DNA from: Candidatus Heimdallarchaeota archaeon
GTDB taxonomy: Archaea > Asgardarchaeota > Heimdallarchaeia > Heimdallarchaeales > Heimdallarchaeaceae
Assembly: GCA_016840095.1 (NCBI GenBank)
Contig: JAEOSZ010000031.1
Coordinates: forward strand, 1-64,000
Length of the DNA: 64,000 nucleotides
Reading direction: 5' to 3'
Below are positions 41,101 to 51,155 of this stretch, piece after piece (position 1 is the stretch's first letter; each line of letters opens with the position of its first letter). Below the pieces are notes generated by a model. The model ran no database searches. It saw nothing but the letters and a program-made list of their open reading frames with translations, and was not told the origin of the DNA. The translations under genes and the position numbers were made by a program.

Positions 41101-41222
41101 CAGGAATTAGAATTTTGATTTACACGGGAATAATGATTGGAATAGCATTAGTGGCGTCCATTGTGCCGGGCATAAGAGCGAGTCAAATAACTCCAGCAGA
41201 AGCAATAAGGTATGTAGGGTGA
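38187..41222 (+). CDS. double FtsX/MacB-type ABC permease
   Basis: Two repeats of (D/E)RxxxxGxxRAxG followed by TM bundles; two large extracellular domains. Confidence 0.9.
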   Translation: MNYINNLLQKTFKRRLGKNIGTLIAIALGVSLMVGVQITITSFTSTAIDFFTDAIGENDIVISGLGLPITGYETILDTIESSDIEIAAINARISQTVAVYNLESGELEKDVTFTGVDIREDPVFGLFYDENGTKMRRLDLINYFENESHVLMGSELRKELNVTVGSDIKIRIGEFNPLELKFDYITYDLKVVAFLNDEGKGKEFGGWTMWTDIDNLRSIAGFAPDQVTDINIALSANHDEDPVDNDYATQVEEQLKVLLNAEANGLIILAFRALLLETADEVLADVLLAFNLFGALIIFSGILLLVNIQLIQVEDRIQQLGILRAVGARRREIVRLFMVESVILGFIGSFLGVAGGYGMSVFLVDRIGKTFFDTSLGLTPTVTGGAIGYSIALGLILSVGAGVFPAIRAARIDVIEVIRGIKKVGRKRTGKVTLGLGLAFLLGGIGILAAQYVMFDSFFTKAGWDQSLEQWMFMGAAAAILIGISLLLGYLFSKKFVGNGIGLTFIGIAIAMLIFSVPQLKEVRQNMQILVTLAVVLALGSIIWVGVNLKSVTNFIRTVLYRTRLKKGVSLVSSKYMTSKTMRSSLTFGIFALVLTMNIFAAVYQSTYAYNTLESVEFLSGGAPIFIELDTPIANETLVNVEQDLYSVDSAITNVKGINSTIVIIQTDKEIDLEIPTDIFPSYVHLIYNDTFKDGNDYQFDFMLDASIPFFFDDYKPGGSENYQREYSHKIWDFYYNRTRFNREGTGINNTHGLPTVLTTSPFLLPGDIFNITSFIGTPEEVIVLANVRQYPFSQTGMLPSLLITPDLYPKLIPNFALYPKHTRYLVSTSEDFKEGRNTEIASEIEEFFNGNDSLLVQSEDFVAASAFNVWEVMIELVDFQVKTFDFLQYFVGFGLIVGALGMIIIAVRNVAERRREIGMMRAIGFTKRQILGTIMIEIFILAILGLVMGFLNSLMLGWAFANIYDWILILPGIRILIYTGIMIGIALVASIVPGIRASQITPAEAIRYVG

Positions 41223-41226
41223 TAAA

Positions 41227-41931
41227 ATGAGTGATGAAATAATACTAAAAACAGAAAACTTGCATAAGAAGTATGCAGAAGGTACTCCGATGGAAGTTCA
41301 TGCACTTAGGGGAGTAAATATAGAGATTAAAAAAGGAGAAATGGTCGCAATAATGGGACCAAGCGGTTGTGGAAAAACAACTCTTCTCAATCTATTAGGA
41401 GGTATTGATCAGCCTACAGAAGGAATAATATATATCAACAATCAAGATATAAATGAATTATCAGATATTGAAGTAACTGATTTCAGATTGCACAATATCG
41501 GATATATCTTTCAATTGTTTAATCTATTTGAGTTCCTCCCAGCTTTAGATAATACTGTACTACCATTATTACTTACAAAAACTACTCGCTTGGAAGCTGA
41601 AGAAGAAGCTAAAATGATGTTACGTCAGATGGGTTTGGGTGACAAAATCTTTCACCTACCAAATGAACTGAGTGGTGGAGAACAGCAGAGAGTTGCCGTA
41701 TCTCGTGCTCTATTGATGAACCCAGCAATTATCCTTGGCGATGAGCCTACCGGTGATTTGGATAGAGATACTTCAACAGATATAATGAATCTATTTGTAT
41801 CAATCAACGAAAATTACAATCAAACATTTCTTGTTGTAACTCATTCTGAGTATATAGCACAGTTTTGTCATAGAATTATTAGAATTGTTGATGGGGAGAT
41901 AGTAGATGATGGGAAAGAGGTGTCAAAATGA
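41227..41931 (+). CDS. LolD/MacB-type ABC ATPase
   Basis: [24 protein letters not shown]. Confidence 0.95.
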   Translation: MSDEIILKTENLHKKYAEGTPMEVHALRGVNIEIKKGEMVAIMGPSGCGKTTLLNLLGGIDQPTEGIIYINNQDINELSDIEVTDFRLHNIGYIFQLFNLFEFLPALDNTVLPLLLTKTTRLEAEEEAKMMLRQMGLGDKIFHLPNELSGGEQQRVAVSRALLMNPAIILGDEPTGDLDRDTSTDIMNLFVSINENYNQTFLVVTHSEYIAQFCHRIIRIVDGEIVDDGKEVSK

Positions 41932-43784
41932 GTGAAACTGTATTAACAATGAAAACCTTTGAAAAAGTTGAATTAACACTTGGAGTTCTGATTAACAAAT
42001 TGAACAGAGACTCACTTGAAGTATTAACCAAAAGAGTCAGCAGGTTTCTCAAATTTAGATTAAAAGCTTTATCAGTTGATGTTCTAGAAGTAAATACATT
42101 TCTATTCTTTACTTGTAGTTTTCCACTTACAGAAGTTGAAAATGAAGAACAAAGAAAATTGGTTGTTAACAAAGTTGAGCAGATAATACAAGAATACTGT
42201 AAGAACGAATGCGGTATGTATGCGAGACAAATCAGGAAGAATGTGGAAATTAGAGATATAACAAAAATGATAATACAGCTAGTTAAAAGCTCATCATCTG
42301 AAAAAGATAAATCTCTGATTGAAAATATAGTCAAAACAGCAGAAGATATAGATGATAGAGTCATACATCATGTAAGTGATGTACTCCAAAACAGCTTTAT
42401 TGCTATCTGGGACTTTCCTGATGATTCACCCGATATCATTATGTTTCCTGACCTAATCTTGAAAAGAGAAGTTAGTGATAAGAAACAAAACTATCCTCTT
42501 AGGTTAATAGCTGAAAACTTACTTATTATGCAATTTGGAAAAGCATGTTCTAACAATCTTTCGCCTATATTGAAATCTCTGGAAGAAGCCATACAAATGC
42601 TAGAAACTATGCTTCAAGATTCTGAAAAGATTAATTATATTGAAGACATGATGAGTAATAAGCTATGGAGAACACTAAGAGTGATTTTTGGCTTGCTATC
42701 TTCAACTCAACAAGTTGTTTCAGTGCAGTTGAAACAAATAACTAGAATAGCTCAAGTAAGAGATGATCTAGTTGATGAGGTTAAAGAACTTGATTACCCC
42801 CCATTGTTGGACTATTTGATGCTTTTGGATACAATAATGAACTGTTCAGACCATATTGAGCGTTTGAACTATCTTCAGAACAAAGTCAAACAGAACTATC
42901 AAACATTGTTGAATATTATAAACAAGTTCAAAGATGTACCAGACAAGGAGATTGAAGATGTAGAAGACATTTCTTTGATTTTCATCAAAGTATTATCAGA
43001 AATACAACTTATGAAATTCTTCTCAGATAAATTTAGAGATTTAGCTTATTTCCAAACAATTCCTACAGAAGTGTCTTTAGAAAAAGTTGAACAGATTGAC
43101 ATAGATAAGAACATCATTCTCAAGGGAGTAGCACTGTTCAAAACTTATCGTTTAGTTGGATCAACAGTTTATGCTCTGAGAGGAATAGATATAGAAATCA
43201 AAGAGGGAGAAATGGCTGCATTAGTTGGTCCGTCTGGAAGTGGCAAAACAACATTGCTAAACCTTCTATCAGGACTTGATACACCTAACAGAGGTGCAGT
43301 ATTTCTTTTAGGTAAAAACATAGATACAATGACAGATGCTGAAGTTTCTATGTTCAGAAGAAAAAACATGGGTTTCATTTTCCAATATTATAATTTGATA
43401 CCTCAGCTAACAGTACTTGAAAATGTTATGTTACCAGCTTTAATGATAAAGCGTCCTAGGAAAGAAGCGAAAGAAGAAGCAATAAAACTTATTAAAGAAG
43501 TAGGTTTGGATAGATTTCAAAATCAGTTTCCAATTAAACTATCTGGTGGACAAATGCAACGAGTTACAATTGCAAGAGCCATGATAAATGATCCAGCAGT
43601 ACTTTTCGCTGACGAACCGACTGGAGACTTAGACTCACAGACAGGTGAAGTAGTAATAGACTTAATCAAAAGATTTGCTAAAGAGAAAAACACAGCTGTA
43701 ATCTTAGTGACTCATGATCCAGATGTTGCAAAAATCTGTGATAGAGTAATCACAATGGGAGATGGAAGAGTAGTTGAAGCTTAA
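41928..43784 (+). CDS. LolD-type ABC ATPase with about 390-aa N-terminal helical extension
   Basis: C-terminal GPSGSGKT, LSGGQMQR, DEPTG, VTHD; N-terminal region unassigned. Confidence 0.88.
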   Translation: MSETVLTMKTFEKVELTLGVLINKLNRDSLEVLTKRVSRFLKFRLKALSVDVLEVNTFLFFTCSFPLTEVENEEQRKLVVNKVEQIIQEYCKNECGMYARQIRKNVEIRDITKMIIQLVKSSSSEKDKSLIENIVKTAEDIDDRVIHHVSDVLQNSFIAIWDFPDDSPDIIMFPDLILKREVSDKKQNYPLRLIAENLLIMQFGKACSNNLSPILKSLEEAIQMLETMLQDSEKINYIEDMMSNKLWRTLRVIFGLLSSTQQVVSVQLKQITRIAQVRDDLVDEVKELDYPPLLDYLMLLDTIMNCSDHIERLNYLQNKVKQNYQTLLNIINKFKDVPDKEIEDVEDISLIFIKVLSEIQLMKFFSDKFRDLAYFQTIPTEVSLEKVEQIDIDKNIILKGVALFKTYRLVGSTVYALRGIDIEIKEGEMAALVGPSGSGKTTLLNLLSGLDTPNRGAVFLLGKNIDTMTDAEVSMFRRKNMGFIFQYYNLIPQLTVLENVMLPALMIKRPRKEAKEEAIKLIKEVGLDRFQNQFPIKLSGGQMQRVTIARAMINDPAVLFADEPTGDLDSQTGEVVIDLIKRFAKEKNTAVILVTHDPDVAKICDRVITMGDGRVVEA

Positions 43785-45136
43785 ATTCTCTTCTTCTCAA
43801 TTTTCTTTATTTTTTTAACCCACTTTTCGAATTTATCTGGTGTTTCTGGATACTTTTGTGATAACCTTTTGATTCTTTCAGCAAGTAATAATCCCTTAGC
43901 AACTTTGAAGAGTAATTTAGGTTTTCTCATCCCTTTGATAATTTTCTTAAATATTGGTAATTTCACAGAATAGTCATACATTATAGCATCTACATCATCT
44001 TGAGAGATTATGCCTTTTTCAAACAGAAAAGAAAAATCACTGAAGGGAACGGAATTGAGTAATTTATGAACTGCAATTCCCAATCCTCCGTCGTACCCAT
44101 ATTCTTTCCAGATCCTGATATTATATCTCCATAGAAAACTTTCACTTACATCTTCATTCCTGATAGCTAACTCAATTGTTTCTGCAGCAAAATAAGCACT
44201 AATTAGTGCGGGACCATGTCCTTCGCCACTTATTGGATTAACAAGAGTTGCTGCATCTCCACATGTAACAAAACCATCACAGACCATTGAATACTGAGGT
44301 AAGCGTCCAGATAAAGTATCTCCAGCTCCATCTAAAACTTTAGAATCTGGAAAGATTTTATTTCTAAGTTGAGCCAAAATGAGTTTTGTATTTGAATCTT
44401 TATTCGTTTCATTAAGCAACCATCCAACACCAATATTAAGAGTATGTTCTCCTTTAGAGAATATCCAGAAGTAACCTGGTGGAGGCATCTCATCATGATA
44501 TTCTATTCTCATTTGTTTTTGATAGTTGTGAGGAGATGGAGTTTCAATTATTTCTCGATAAGAAACTATAGTCTCATATTTTGGTAATTTTGTTTGGAAC
44601 TTGTTACTTACTGATTCTGGTATTGTCCTTCTGACTATTCCAGTTACTCCTGAACAATCTGCAACAATCTTTGCATAGATATTAATGATTTTACCATCAT
44701 ACTGACGGACTTTACATCCAACAACTTTGTTATTTTCAACTATTGTTTCTACAGCTTTATGTTTGGATTTGAAAGAAACACTTGCATAATCTGTTAAGGA
44801 TTCTAATAGTCTTTGACCATATTCTAATCTGTCTACAGTTTGTGATTTGAAGTCGATTGAAAGTTCAAAATCACTTACAGGACGAAAATGTGCTGTAGCA
44901 AGATTCTCAGAAATTTCTTTACCTCTTGGTTGTTTTATTCCTGAGAGTTCGAATAGCCTTCTGGTAGAATTTGGACTTAAAGCATCTCCACAAGGTTTGT
45001 AACCAACATTCTTCTTAGGTTTCTGATCAATTAGTATTGTAGAGATATTCTTTTTACCAAGATTAATAGCTAAACAAATTCCAGCTGGACCAGCTCCAAC
45101 AACTAGTACATCAGTTTCCATATCTTGTTTCAGCAT
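43781..45136 (-). CDS. geranylgeranyl reductase (DGGGPL reductase family)
   Basis: GAGPAG, KPCGD, GYFWIF, GDAA..VNP..GEG. Confidence 0.88.
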   Translation of the reverse strand: MLKQDMETDVLVVGAGPAGICLAINLGKKNISTILIDQKPKKNVGYKPCGDALSPNSTRRLFELSGIKQPRGKEISENLATAHFRPVSDFELSIDFKSQTVDRLEYGQRLLESLTDYASVSFKSKHKAVETIVENNKVVGCKVRQYDGKIINIYAKIVADCSGVTGIVRRTIPESVSNKFQTKLPKYETIVSYREIIETPSPHNYQKQMRIEYHDEMPPPGYFWIFSKGEHTLNIGVGWLLNETNKDSNTKLILAQLRNKIFPDSKVLDGAGDTLSGRLPQYSMVCDGFVTCGDAATLVNPISGEGHGPALISAYFAAETIELAIRNEDVSESFLWRYNIRIWKEYGYDGGLGIAVHKLLNSVPFSDFSFLFEKGIISQDDVDAIMYDYSVKLPIFKKIIKGMRKPKLLFKVAKGLLLAERIKRLSQKYPETPDKFEKWVKKIKKIEKKRI

Positions 45137-45234
45137 TGAAGTATCAATGAATTTAATGGATTAAAAATCTTTCATACGGATATAATTTCAACTAATGATA
45201 TATCTTAAATATACAAATTGATACACATCCTCAA

Positions 45235-45696
45235 ATGGAATCAAATTCAAAAATGCAGTTCTACCAAGACATTATTAAAAAAGCTCATGACGCTTTTCGA
45301 GAATTTCTTACACATCTACCTGAAGATATTCTGGATTGGACTATACATGAATCATTGAATTCTGTTAGATGGATAGTTGAGCATGTGATTCATGATCAAA
45401 TGTGGATAGCCAATGTGATAATGGATAATTCAGAAGAAGGTTATCATTTTGAGAAAAGTATTAAACAGTATACCTTGGATGAACTCATTGAGAAATATGA
45501 TGATGTATTTATCGAAATTGAAGAGAAATTTACAGATCTCAAACGAGAGCATTTACTCGAAGCAAGAATGTATAAAGACTTCAGCATGACAGTAGAAGAT
45601 TGGCTCTATGAATATATCCATCATCTAAATCAACATAGTGGTGAGTTAGGACTGATTCTTTCTGCATGGAAAAGAAAGAAGAGATCACTAAAATAA
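45235..45696 (+). CDS. DinB/YfiT family protein
   Basis: S-x-x-W-x3-H and HxxxH(SGE) metal-site pattern. Confidence 0.85.
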   Translation: MESNSKMQFYQDIIKKAHDAFREFLTHLPEDILDWTIHESLNSVRWIVEHVIHDQMWIANVIMDNSEEGYHFEKSIKQYTLDELIEKYDDVFIEIEEKFTDLKREHLLEARMYKDFSMTVEDWLYEYIHHLNQHSGELGLILSAWKRKKRSLK

Positions 45697-45703
45697 GTTA
45701 TTT

Positions 45704-46612
45704 CTATTTCTCAAGAAACTCTTCTGGTAATGCAGGTTCAATGTGAATTATTAAGTCACGAAAATCATCATCTTCTTCCAATTCAGCTTTAACTTCTTCA
45801 GAGATTTCATGGGCTTTGATTATTGACAATTCTGGATTAACTAAAATATGGAAATCTCCTGTATAAGCACCTAAACTTAATCTTAATCTAATGATATGAA
45901 CTTCTTCAACATGTTCAAACTTAAGTGCAGTTTTCTTTAGCTTTTCAACAACTTCCTGAGGAGGACCTTTGTCTAGTAACTCTGGTAGAGAGCTTTTTGT
46001 TATCTCAAAACCCGTATATAAAATCAGAACTACTATAACTAATGCAAAAGCTGGATCTAGCCACCATACATTAAGTTTAACTCCTAGATATGCAAATCCA
46101 ACAAACACTGAAGATATTGCGTCTGTTCTATAGTTTTTTGCATTTGCAATAAAAACAGGAGAATTCAACTTTTTTCCAATAGTCATCAATCCAAGATATA
46201 GTAGAATCTTTCCAGCAAAAGAAATAATAGCAGCAACTAAAATTAGAATGTCTAAATCATAAGATACTCCGGTAATTAGCTTCGAAATGGCATCATCAGC
46301 AATGAAATATGAAGAAAGCAACATTGTCGTTACTATAGCTAAACTCGAAATTGTTTGAAATTTGTGATGACCAAATGGGTGGTCAAAATCCGCTGGTTTC
46401 CTGCTTTTGCGTTCTCCAAAACCAGCAACAGTTGCAGAAACAAGGTCTAGTACAGAATCGAATCCATCAGCTATTAAACTGATTGAACCAAAAATGAAAC
46501 CTATGACTAATTTAAGAGTCATGAGAATTAGGTTTCCACCAATTGAAAGAATATTGGCCACTGCAGCTAAACTAAGTTTTACCATTAGAAACCAAATTTC
46601 ACTATTAAGCAA
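45704..46612 (-). CDS. cation diffusion facilitator transporter
   Basis: SLIADGFDS.LD, HPFGH, RTD, AHEI, IHIEP. Confidence 0.92.
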   Translation of the reverse strand: MLNSEIWFLMVKLSLAAVANILSIGGNLILMTLKLVIGFIFGSISLIADGFDSVLDLVSATVAGFGERKSRKPADFDHPFGHHKFQTISSLAIVTTMLLSSYFIADDAISKLITGVSYDLDILILVAAIISFAGKILLYLGLMTIGKKLNSPVFIANAKNYRTDAISSVFVGFAYLGVKLNVWWLDPAFALVIVVLILYTGFEITKSSLPELLDKGPPQEVVEKLKKTALKFEHVEEVHIIRLRLSLGAYTGDFHILVNPELSIIKAHEISEEVKAELEEDDDFRDLIIHIEPALPEEFLEK

Positions 46613-46674
46613 TAAACGTTTTGCTTGAACTGTAAGTTAGCGGTATTTAAAAATAATAAGAGAAGAAAAGAAAA

Positions 46675-48024
46675 TTATTTTCCTCCACTTATTCGAAGTG
46701 GAGAAAGCAACATCCATGGAGCTTCATGACCGCTACGACTTTCTGTTTCCTTACTCATATTCTCTATTTTATTAAAGAGTTCAAATATAGTACATCCAAT
46801 TACAGCATTCTTGATAGGATACTTTAATTCTCCATCTTTCACATAAAATCCTTGATTTATTTGTGCTGAAACTTGAGGATTGTCTCCACTTGAATGAATT
46901 GATGAAGACATCAAATATATGCCTTCTTTCATATCTGCAAGAAGTTCATCTTTTGACACTGCACCAGCTTTAATTTTCATTGTATATGGAGCTGGACGAG
47001 GTCTAGACGCAAATGAACCTCTTGATGCATGACCTGTGTTCTCTAATCCTACTAAAGGAGCAGAATATGAGTCTGTAATGTAGGTTTGAAGAATACCATT
47101 CTCTACAAGTGTAAGCTTCTTTGGTACAACTCCTTCGTCGTCAAAACCTGCTGAATCTGTTCCTTCTGGTATAAAGGGGTCATCAATTATAGTAAGCTTG
47201 TTTGAAGCTATTGAATCACCTATCTTATCAACAAAGAAAGCTGTTCGGTTAAACACACTAAAAGCACTAATTCCGCTTGAAAGAATCGGATCAATAGTTC
47301 CATAAGTACTATCAGGATCAAGCAGAATCGGTAATGAAGTTGTGTCGATTTTTTGAGAACCTAACATCTTTTTAGCCCTACTTCCTGCTTCTTTTCCAAT
47401 TTTCTTGTGTTTAAAATTCTTCATCAAAGTTGCTGCATCATAATAATAAGCATTACCAATGTCTTCTCCATTTTGGATTTTGACTCCTAGATATCCACTT
47501 ACTGATGTTTGAGAAGCAAATCTGTCAATACCTTCTGAATTAACGATATATCTCTCTCCAATACCTGCAGTAAAACTTCCACTTACAATAGCATCATCGG
47601 TTATTGTTGCTTCTTGTATAGCTTCAAGAATAAGTTCTGTAAACTCTTCAACGGAGATTTCTTCAATCGTACTATCATATCGTCCAATAATTGTAGGAGC
47701 TTCTCTAGTGTCAATTGGTAACGATTTGAAATTTGGATCTGGAGGGCTGACCTTTGCTAAAGCATAAGCATCTTTAACTGTTTTTTCGATGGAATCTTCT
47801 GTAAAAATTGTAGTAGATGCCATACCAATAGCCTTATTCTTAACGACTCGAATTCCTAAACCTGAATTACTTGTATCTGTAAAACGTCTAATTGAACCTC
47901 TTTCAATCTGAACACTTTTTGCAGATCCAAAAATAGTATAAGCTTCAACTTGATCAGCGCCAAGTGATTTACCTGAATTTATAACATGTTCTGCTAATGT
48001 ATGAAGATCATCTTTTGAACTCAT
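46675..48024 (-). CDS. TldE/PmbA family protein
   Basis: GLGIRV, FDDEG, TGHA; no HExxH; paired with tldD. Confidence 0.9.
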   Translation of the reverse strand: MSSKDDLHTLAEHVINSGKSLGADQVEAYTIFGSAKSVQIERGSIRRFTDTSNSGLGIRVVKNKAIGMASTTIFTEDSIEKTVKDAYALAKVSPPDPNFKSLPIDTREAPTIIGRYDSTIEEISVEEFTELILEAIQEATITDDAIVSGSFTAGIGERYIVNSEGIDRFASQTSVSGYLGVKIQNGEDIGNAYYYDAATLMKNFKHKKIGKEAGSRAKKMLGSQKIDTTSLPILLDPDSTYGTIDPILSSGISAFSVFNRTAFFVDKIGDSIASNKLTIIDDPFIPEGTDSAGFDDEGVVPKKLTLVENGILQTYITDSYSAPLVGLENTGHASRGSFASRPRPAPYTMKIKAGAVSKDELLADMKEGIYLMSSSIHSSGDNPQVSAQINQGFYVKDGELKYPIKNAVIGCTIFELFNKIENMSKETESRSGHEAPWMLLSPLRISGGK

Positions 48025-49418
48025 TATTTTGTCCCTCCTACAACAAGATTAGAAACACCGAGATCAGGACCACCTGCAGAAACAGGAACCCATTGTCCGC
48101 CTTTACCACATGTACCAAGAAATTCCGGTTTCCATGGTTTACCAATTGCAAAGGTATTTTGTAAAACTTCCAAAGTCATTCCTGACATTCCAACATTTCC
48201 CATCATGTCTGTAATCTCTCCTTTTTCAATGAAATAGCCCATTTGACAAGAGAAGTAAAATTGACCTTTAGCTGGAATAACATAGCCACCATAAGATTTC
48301 TTCAAATATACCCCTTCTTTAGCAACTTCAGCAATTTCATCAATATTCATGTCTCCTCCATCAACATAGGTGTTAGCCATTCTTGCTTGTGGAGTAACGT
48401 TGAAGTTCATCGCCCGACCAGAACCATTTGGTTCCATACCCAAAGCAGTTGCAGTCTCCAAAGTGTGGAAGAATTCCTTTTGAATACCATCTTCAACAAG
48501 AACACGTTTTCGAGCTTTAGTTCCTTCGGAATCAAAATCAAAGGACCCTCTTAGACCTTTGAGTGTGGGATCATCATATACATTTACTCCCTCTACACCA
48601 ACTCTTTCCCCAATTTTATCTTCAAGTATCGAGGTTTTGGCAATAACACCATCAGCTTCACAAGCATGTCCAAAAGCTTCATGAATGAAAACGCCAGTAA
48701 GTGAGGGGTCCATAATAACATTCATTTTGCCAGAAGGAGGTTCCTTTGCAATCAATAGTTTTTCAGCCATAATTGCAGCTTTTAATCCTTCTTCTTCTGG
48801 ATCCCAATGCTCAACTAATTCCCATCCTCCAGCTCCTCCTGTTGAATCAAAAACACTCTGCATTTTTGTACCGTCTCTTCCAACTACATTTTTCATAAGC
48901 CGAATAACATGTGTTTCATTCTCAACTTTAGTTCCTTTGTTATTGATGATTATTTCTTTACCATGAGATTCTTGATAAGTGGAAGAGGACTCAGCAATTG
49001 AATCAGAATATTCTCTTGCTGATTTTTCTGTATTAACAACCTTTTCGAATTTTGTTTCTTTATCAATTTCTCTTGGATCAATTTCAACTGTTGTGGTTCC
49101 TTTTCCTTCAAAAACCCAACCATCTCCAATAGTTCTTTCCTGCTTTGCGTATTTTGAGCCAGCTTGTGCCATTTTAATTGCTTTATTAACAGCCTGCAAA
49201 ACAGAGTCCTTATCAGTTTTGACTATTGTTGTAAATCCCCAAGCATTATCAATTAAAGCTCTAATAGCTATGCCACCTGTAGTTTGATTACTCACACTAT
49301 CAAACCTACCATTTCTAACAGTGAAAGATTCTCCCATAGCATAAGCATATCGAACATCAAGAAAATCTTTAGATGAGATTGACACTTTGTTGATTACTTG
49401 TTCTAAAATGTCTAACAT
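48024..49418 (-). CDS. tldD: TldD metalloprotease
   Basis: HEAFGHACEAD, DSEG, RMANT, CGKGGQ. Confidence 0.93.
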   Translation of the reverse strand: MLDILEQVINKVSISSKDFLDVRYAYAMGESFTVRNGRFDSVSNQTTGGIAIRALIDNAWGFTTIVKTDKDSVLQAVNKAIKMAQAGSKYAKQERTIGDGWVFEGKGTTTVEIDPREIDKETKFEKVVNTEKSAREYSDSIAESSSTYQESHGKEIIINNKGTKVENETHVIRLMKNVVGRDGTKMQSVFDSTGGAGGWELVEHWDPEEEGLKAAIMAEKLLIAKEPPSGKMNVIMDPSLTGVFIHEAFGHACEADGVIAKTSILEDKIGERVGVEGVNVYDDPTLKGLRGSFDFDSEGTKARKRVLVEDGIQKEFFHTLETATALGMEPNGSGRAMNFNVTPQARMANTYVDGGDMNIDEIAEVAKEGVYLKKSYGGYVIPAKGQFYFSCQMGYFIEKGEITDMMGNVGMSGMTLEVLQNTFAIGKPWKPEFLGTCGKGGQWVPVSAGGPDLGVSNLVVGGTK

Positions 49419-49487
49419 ATGAATTTTTCGTTTAAATTTGATATTATAAAGTTAATTGTAAAACAATAAACAAATCATCTTGTTAAG

Positions 49488-50513
49488 TTACTGCTTAATA
49501 GGAGCTTGAATCCCGCAATTTTTACATTTACCAATCTTTGAAAGCTGCTTGATTTTAACATTATAATATACTCTCTCAATTAGAGTTTGACCACAGTTCA
49601 AACAGAAAGTTGTGTTTATTTCTGAGTACGGAAGATTACCTGTGAAAACGTAGTTTAATCCCTCCTCTTCTGCAATTCTTCTAGCTTCAATTACAGTATC
49701 CACAGGTGTTGGTTTTACATGCTGCATTTTGTAATGGGGATAAAATCTGCTAAAATGAATAGGAACGTTTTCATCCAATTCGTTAAGAACCCACTGTGAA
49801 AACTGTTTAATTTCATCAGGAGAATCATTATAATCAGGAATGAGTAACATTGTTAATTCTATATGAACGCCTTCAGACCACATCTTAATAACATTCTGCA
49901 GAATATATTTCAGTCCAGGAAATCCTGCTACTTCTTTGTAGAAATCATCTGTAAAAGCCTTGATATCAACATTTGCAGCATCAATAATCGGCAATAACTC
50001 TTCAAGAGGTTTTGAATTAATCAAACCATTAGAAACAAGAATATTACCAATATTATTTTCATGAGCTAATTTACCTGTGTCTCGAATCCATTCCCAGTTT
50101 ATGAGTGGCTCATTATATGTGTAAGCAATTGTATCACATCTGTTTTTTCGAGTCATTTCAATTGCATTCTGAGGTGTAACCTGAATCAAATTATTGCTTT
50201 CTGCTGAGATTTGACTGATGTTCCAGTTTTGACAATGAGCACAATGAAGATTGCATCCTGCTGTCCCAAAACTCATTGTAGATGTTCCAGGTTTATAATG
50301 ATATACTGGCTTCTTCTCTATTGGATCAGCATGAACTGAAGTAAATCTGTTGTATCCAAGAGCGTAAAGTTTTCCATCAATATTTTTCCTAGCTTGACAA
50401 TTTCCTAAGCTATTTGGTTGAATAACACAATTTCGTGGACAAAGCACACATTGAACTTTCTTTCCCTCTTTTTTATCGTAATATTCTGCTTCAAATAATG
50501 ACAAATGAATCAC
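49488..50513 (-). CDS. amrS: AmmeMemoRadiSam system radical SAM enzyme
   Basis: CVLCPRNC, DPIEKKP, GCNLHCAHCQNW.ISQ, YNEP, HFSRFYP, C-terminal Zn ribbon. Confidence 0.92.
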   Translation of the reverse strand: MIHLSLFEAEYYDKKEGKKVQCVLCPRNCVIQPNSLGNCQARKNIDGKLYALGYNRFTSVHADPIEKKPVYHYKPGTSTMSFGTAGCNLHCAHCQNWNISQISAESNNLIQVTPQNAIEMTRKNRCDTIAYTYNEPLINWEWIRDTGKLAHENNIGNILVSNGLINSKPLEELLPIIDAANVDIKAFTDDFYKEVAGFPGLKYILQNVIKMWSEGVHIELTMLLIPDYNDSPDEIKQFSQWVLNELDENVPIHFSRFYPHYKMQHVKPTPVDTVIEARRIAEEEGLNYVFTGNLPYSEINTTFCLNCGQTLIERVYYNVKIKQLSKIGKCKNCGIQAPIKQ

Positions 50514-50694
50514 TTAACACCCAATATGCCGATAGGTGAATAACGAGAGGTAAATTTGACTTTAAATCTGTCGATGATTGATGTTTTCTAAAATCTATAT
50601 TTTTGGTAAAAGATTAGTCTTAAAAAGATAAAGCACTCTATTTACAATTAAGATTAATTTGCTTTTAATCATTTTAAAATACAGAGGTATGAAA

Positions 50695-51063
50695 ATGGCA
50701 AAGACTAAAGAAATAAAGAAACGAAAATATTGGATTAATCCACATGTTCATTGTGGATGTGATTGTGGAACTAAAACCGAAGAACACGAAGAAGGATGTG
50801 CTGATATTGAAGATGAATATCGTCTGATATATGAGTTACCTGGAGTGAAGAAAGATAATATCTCAATCAAGGTAGTTAAGAACGGTCTAAGGTTAAATGC
50901 TATAAGAGACGAACATTTCGAATTCGTCAATGAATATCCTTTCTTGACAGAAGCTGATCCTGATGGAACTGTTGCACATTATAATGAAGGATTACTAGTT
51001 ATTCATGTTCCTATTATTGGTGATGATCCGTTCAAAAAAGTAGAATCAATTGATATAGGTTAA
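50695..51063 (+). CDS. small heat-shock protein (Hsp20) with Cys/His insert
   Basis: ELPGVKKDNI, AHYNEGLLVIHVP; GAGGT RBS before ATG 50695. Confidence 0.85.
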   Translation: MAKTKEIKKRKYWINPHVHCGCDCGTKTEEHEEGCADIEDEYRLIYELPGVKKDNISIKVVKNGLRLNAIRDEHFEFVNEYPFLTEADPDGTVAHYNEGLLVIHVPIIGDDPFKKVESIDIG

Positions 51064-51155
51064 TCAATTTCTACTCATCTTTTTCTATTTTTCTTGTTAC
51101 TCTAATTTGAAGAACTGTAACCAAAAACTACAAAAGGCAGAGAATTGAGTAAACC

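Noticed and set aside
41879-42364. 161-aa antisense ORF, and the other short antisense or nested ORFs in the track (e.g. 2382, 3609, 7039, 36144, 48243, 59268, 63388)
   Set aside because: Ser/Ile/Phe-rich shadows of well-supported genes on the opposite strand or frame
50517-50540. Hairpin in the amrS leader as a riboswitch
   Set aside because: Short imperfect stem only, with no recognisable aptamer
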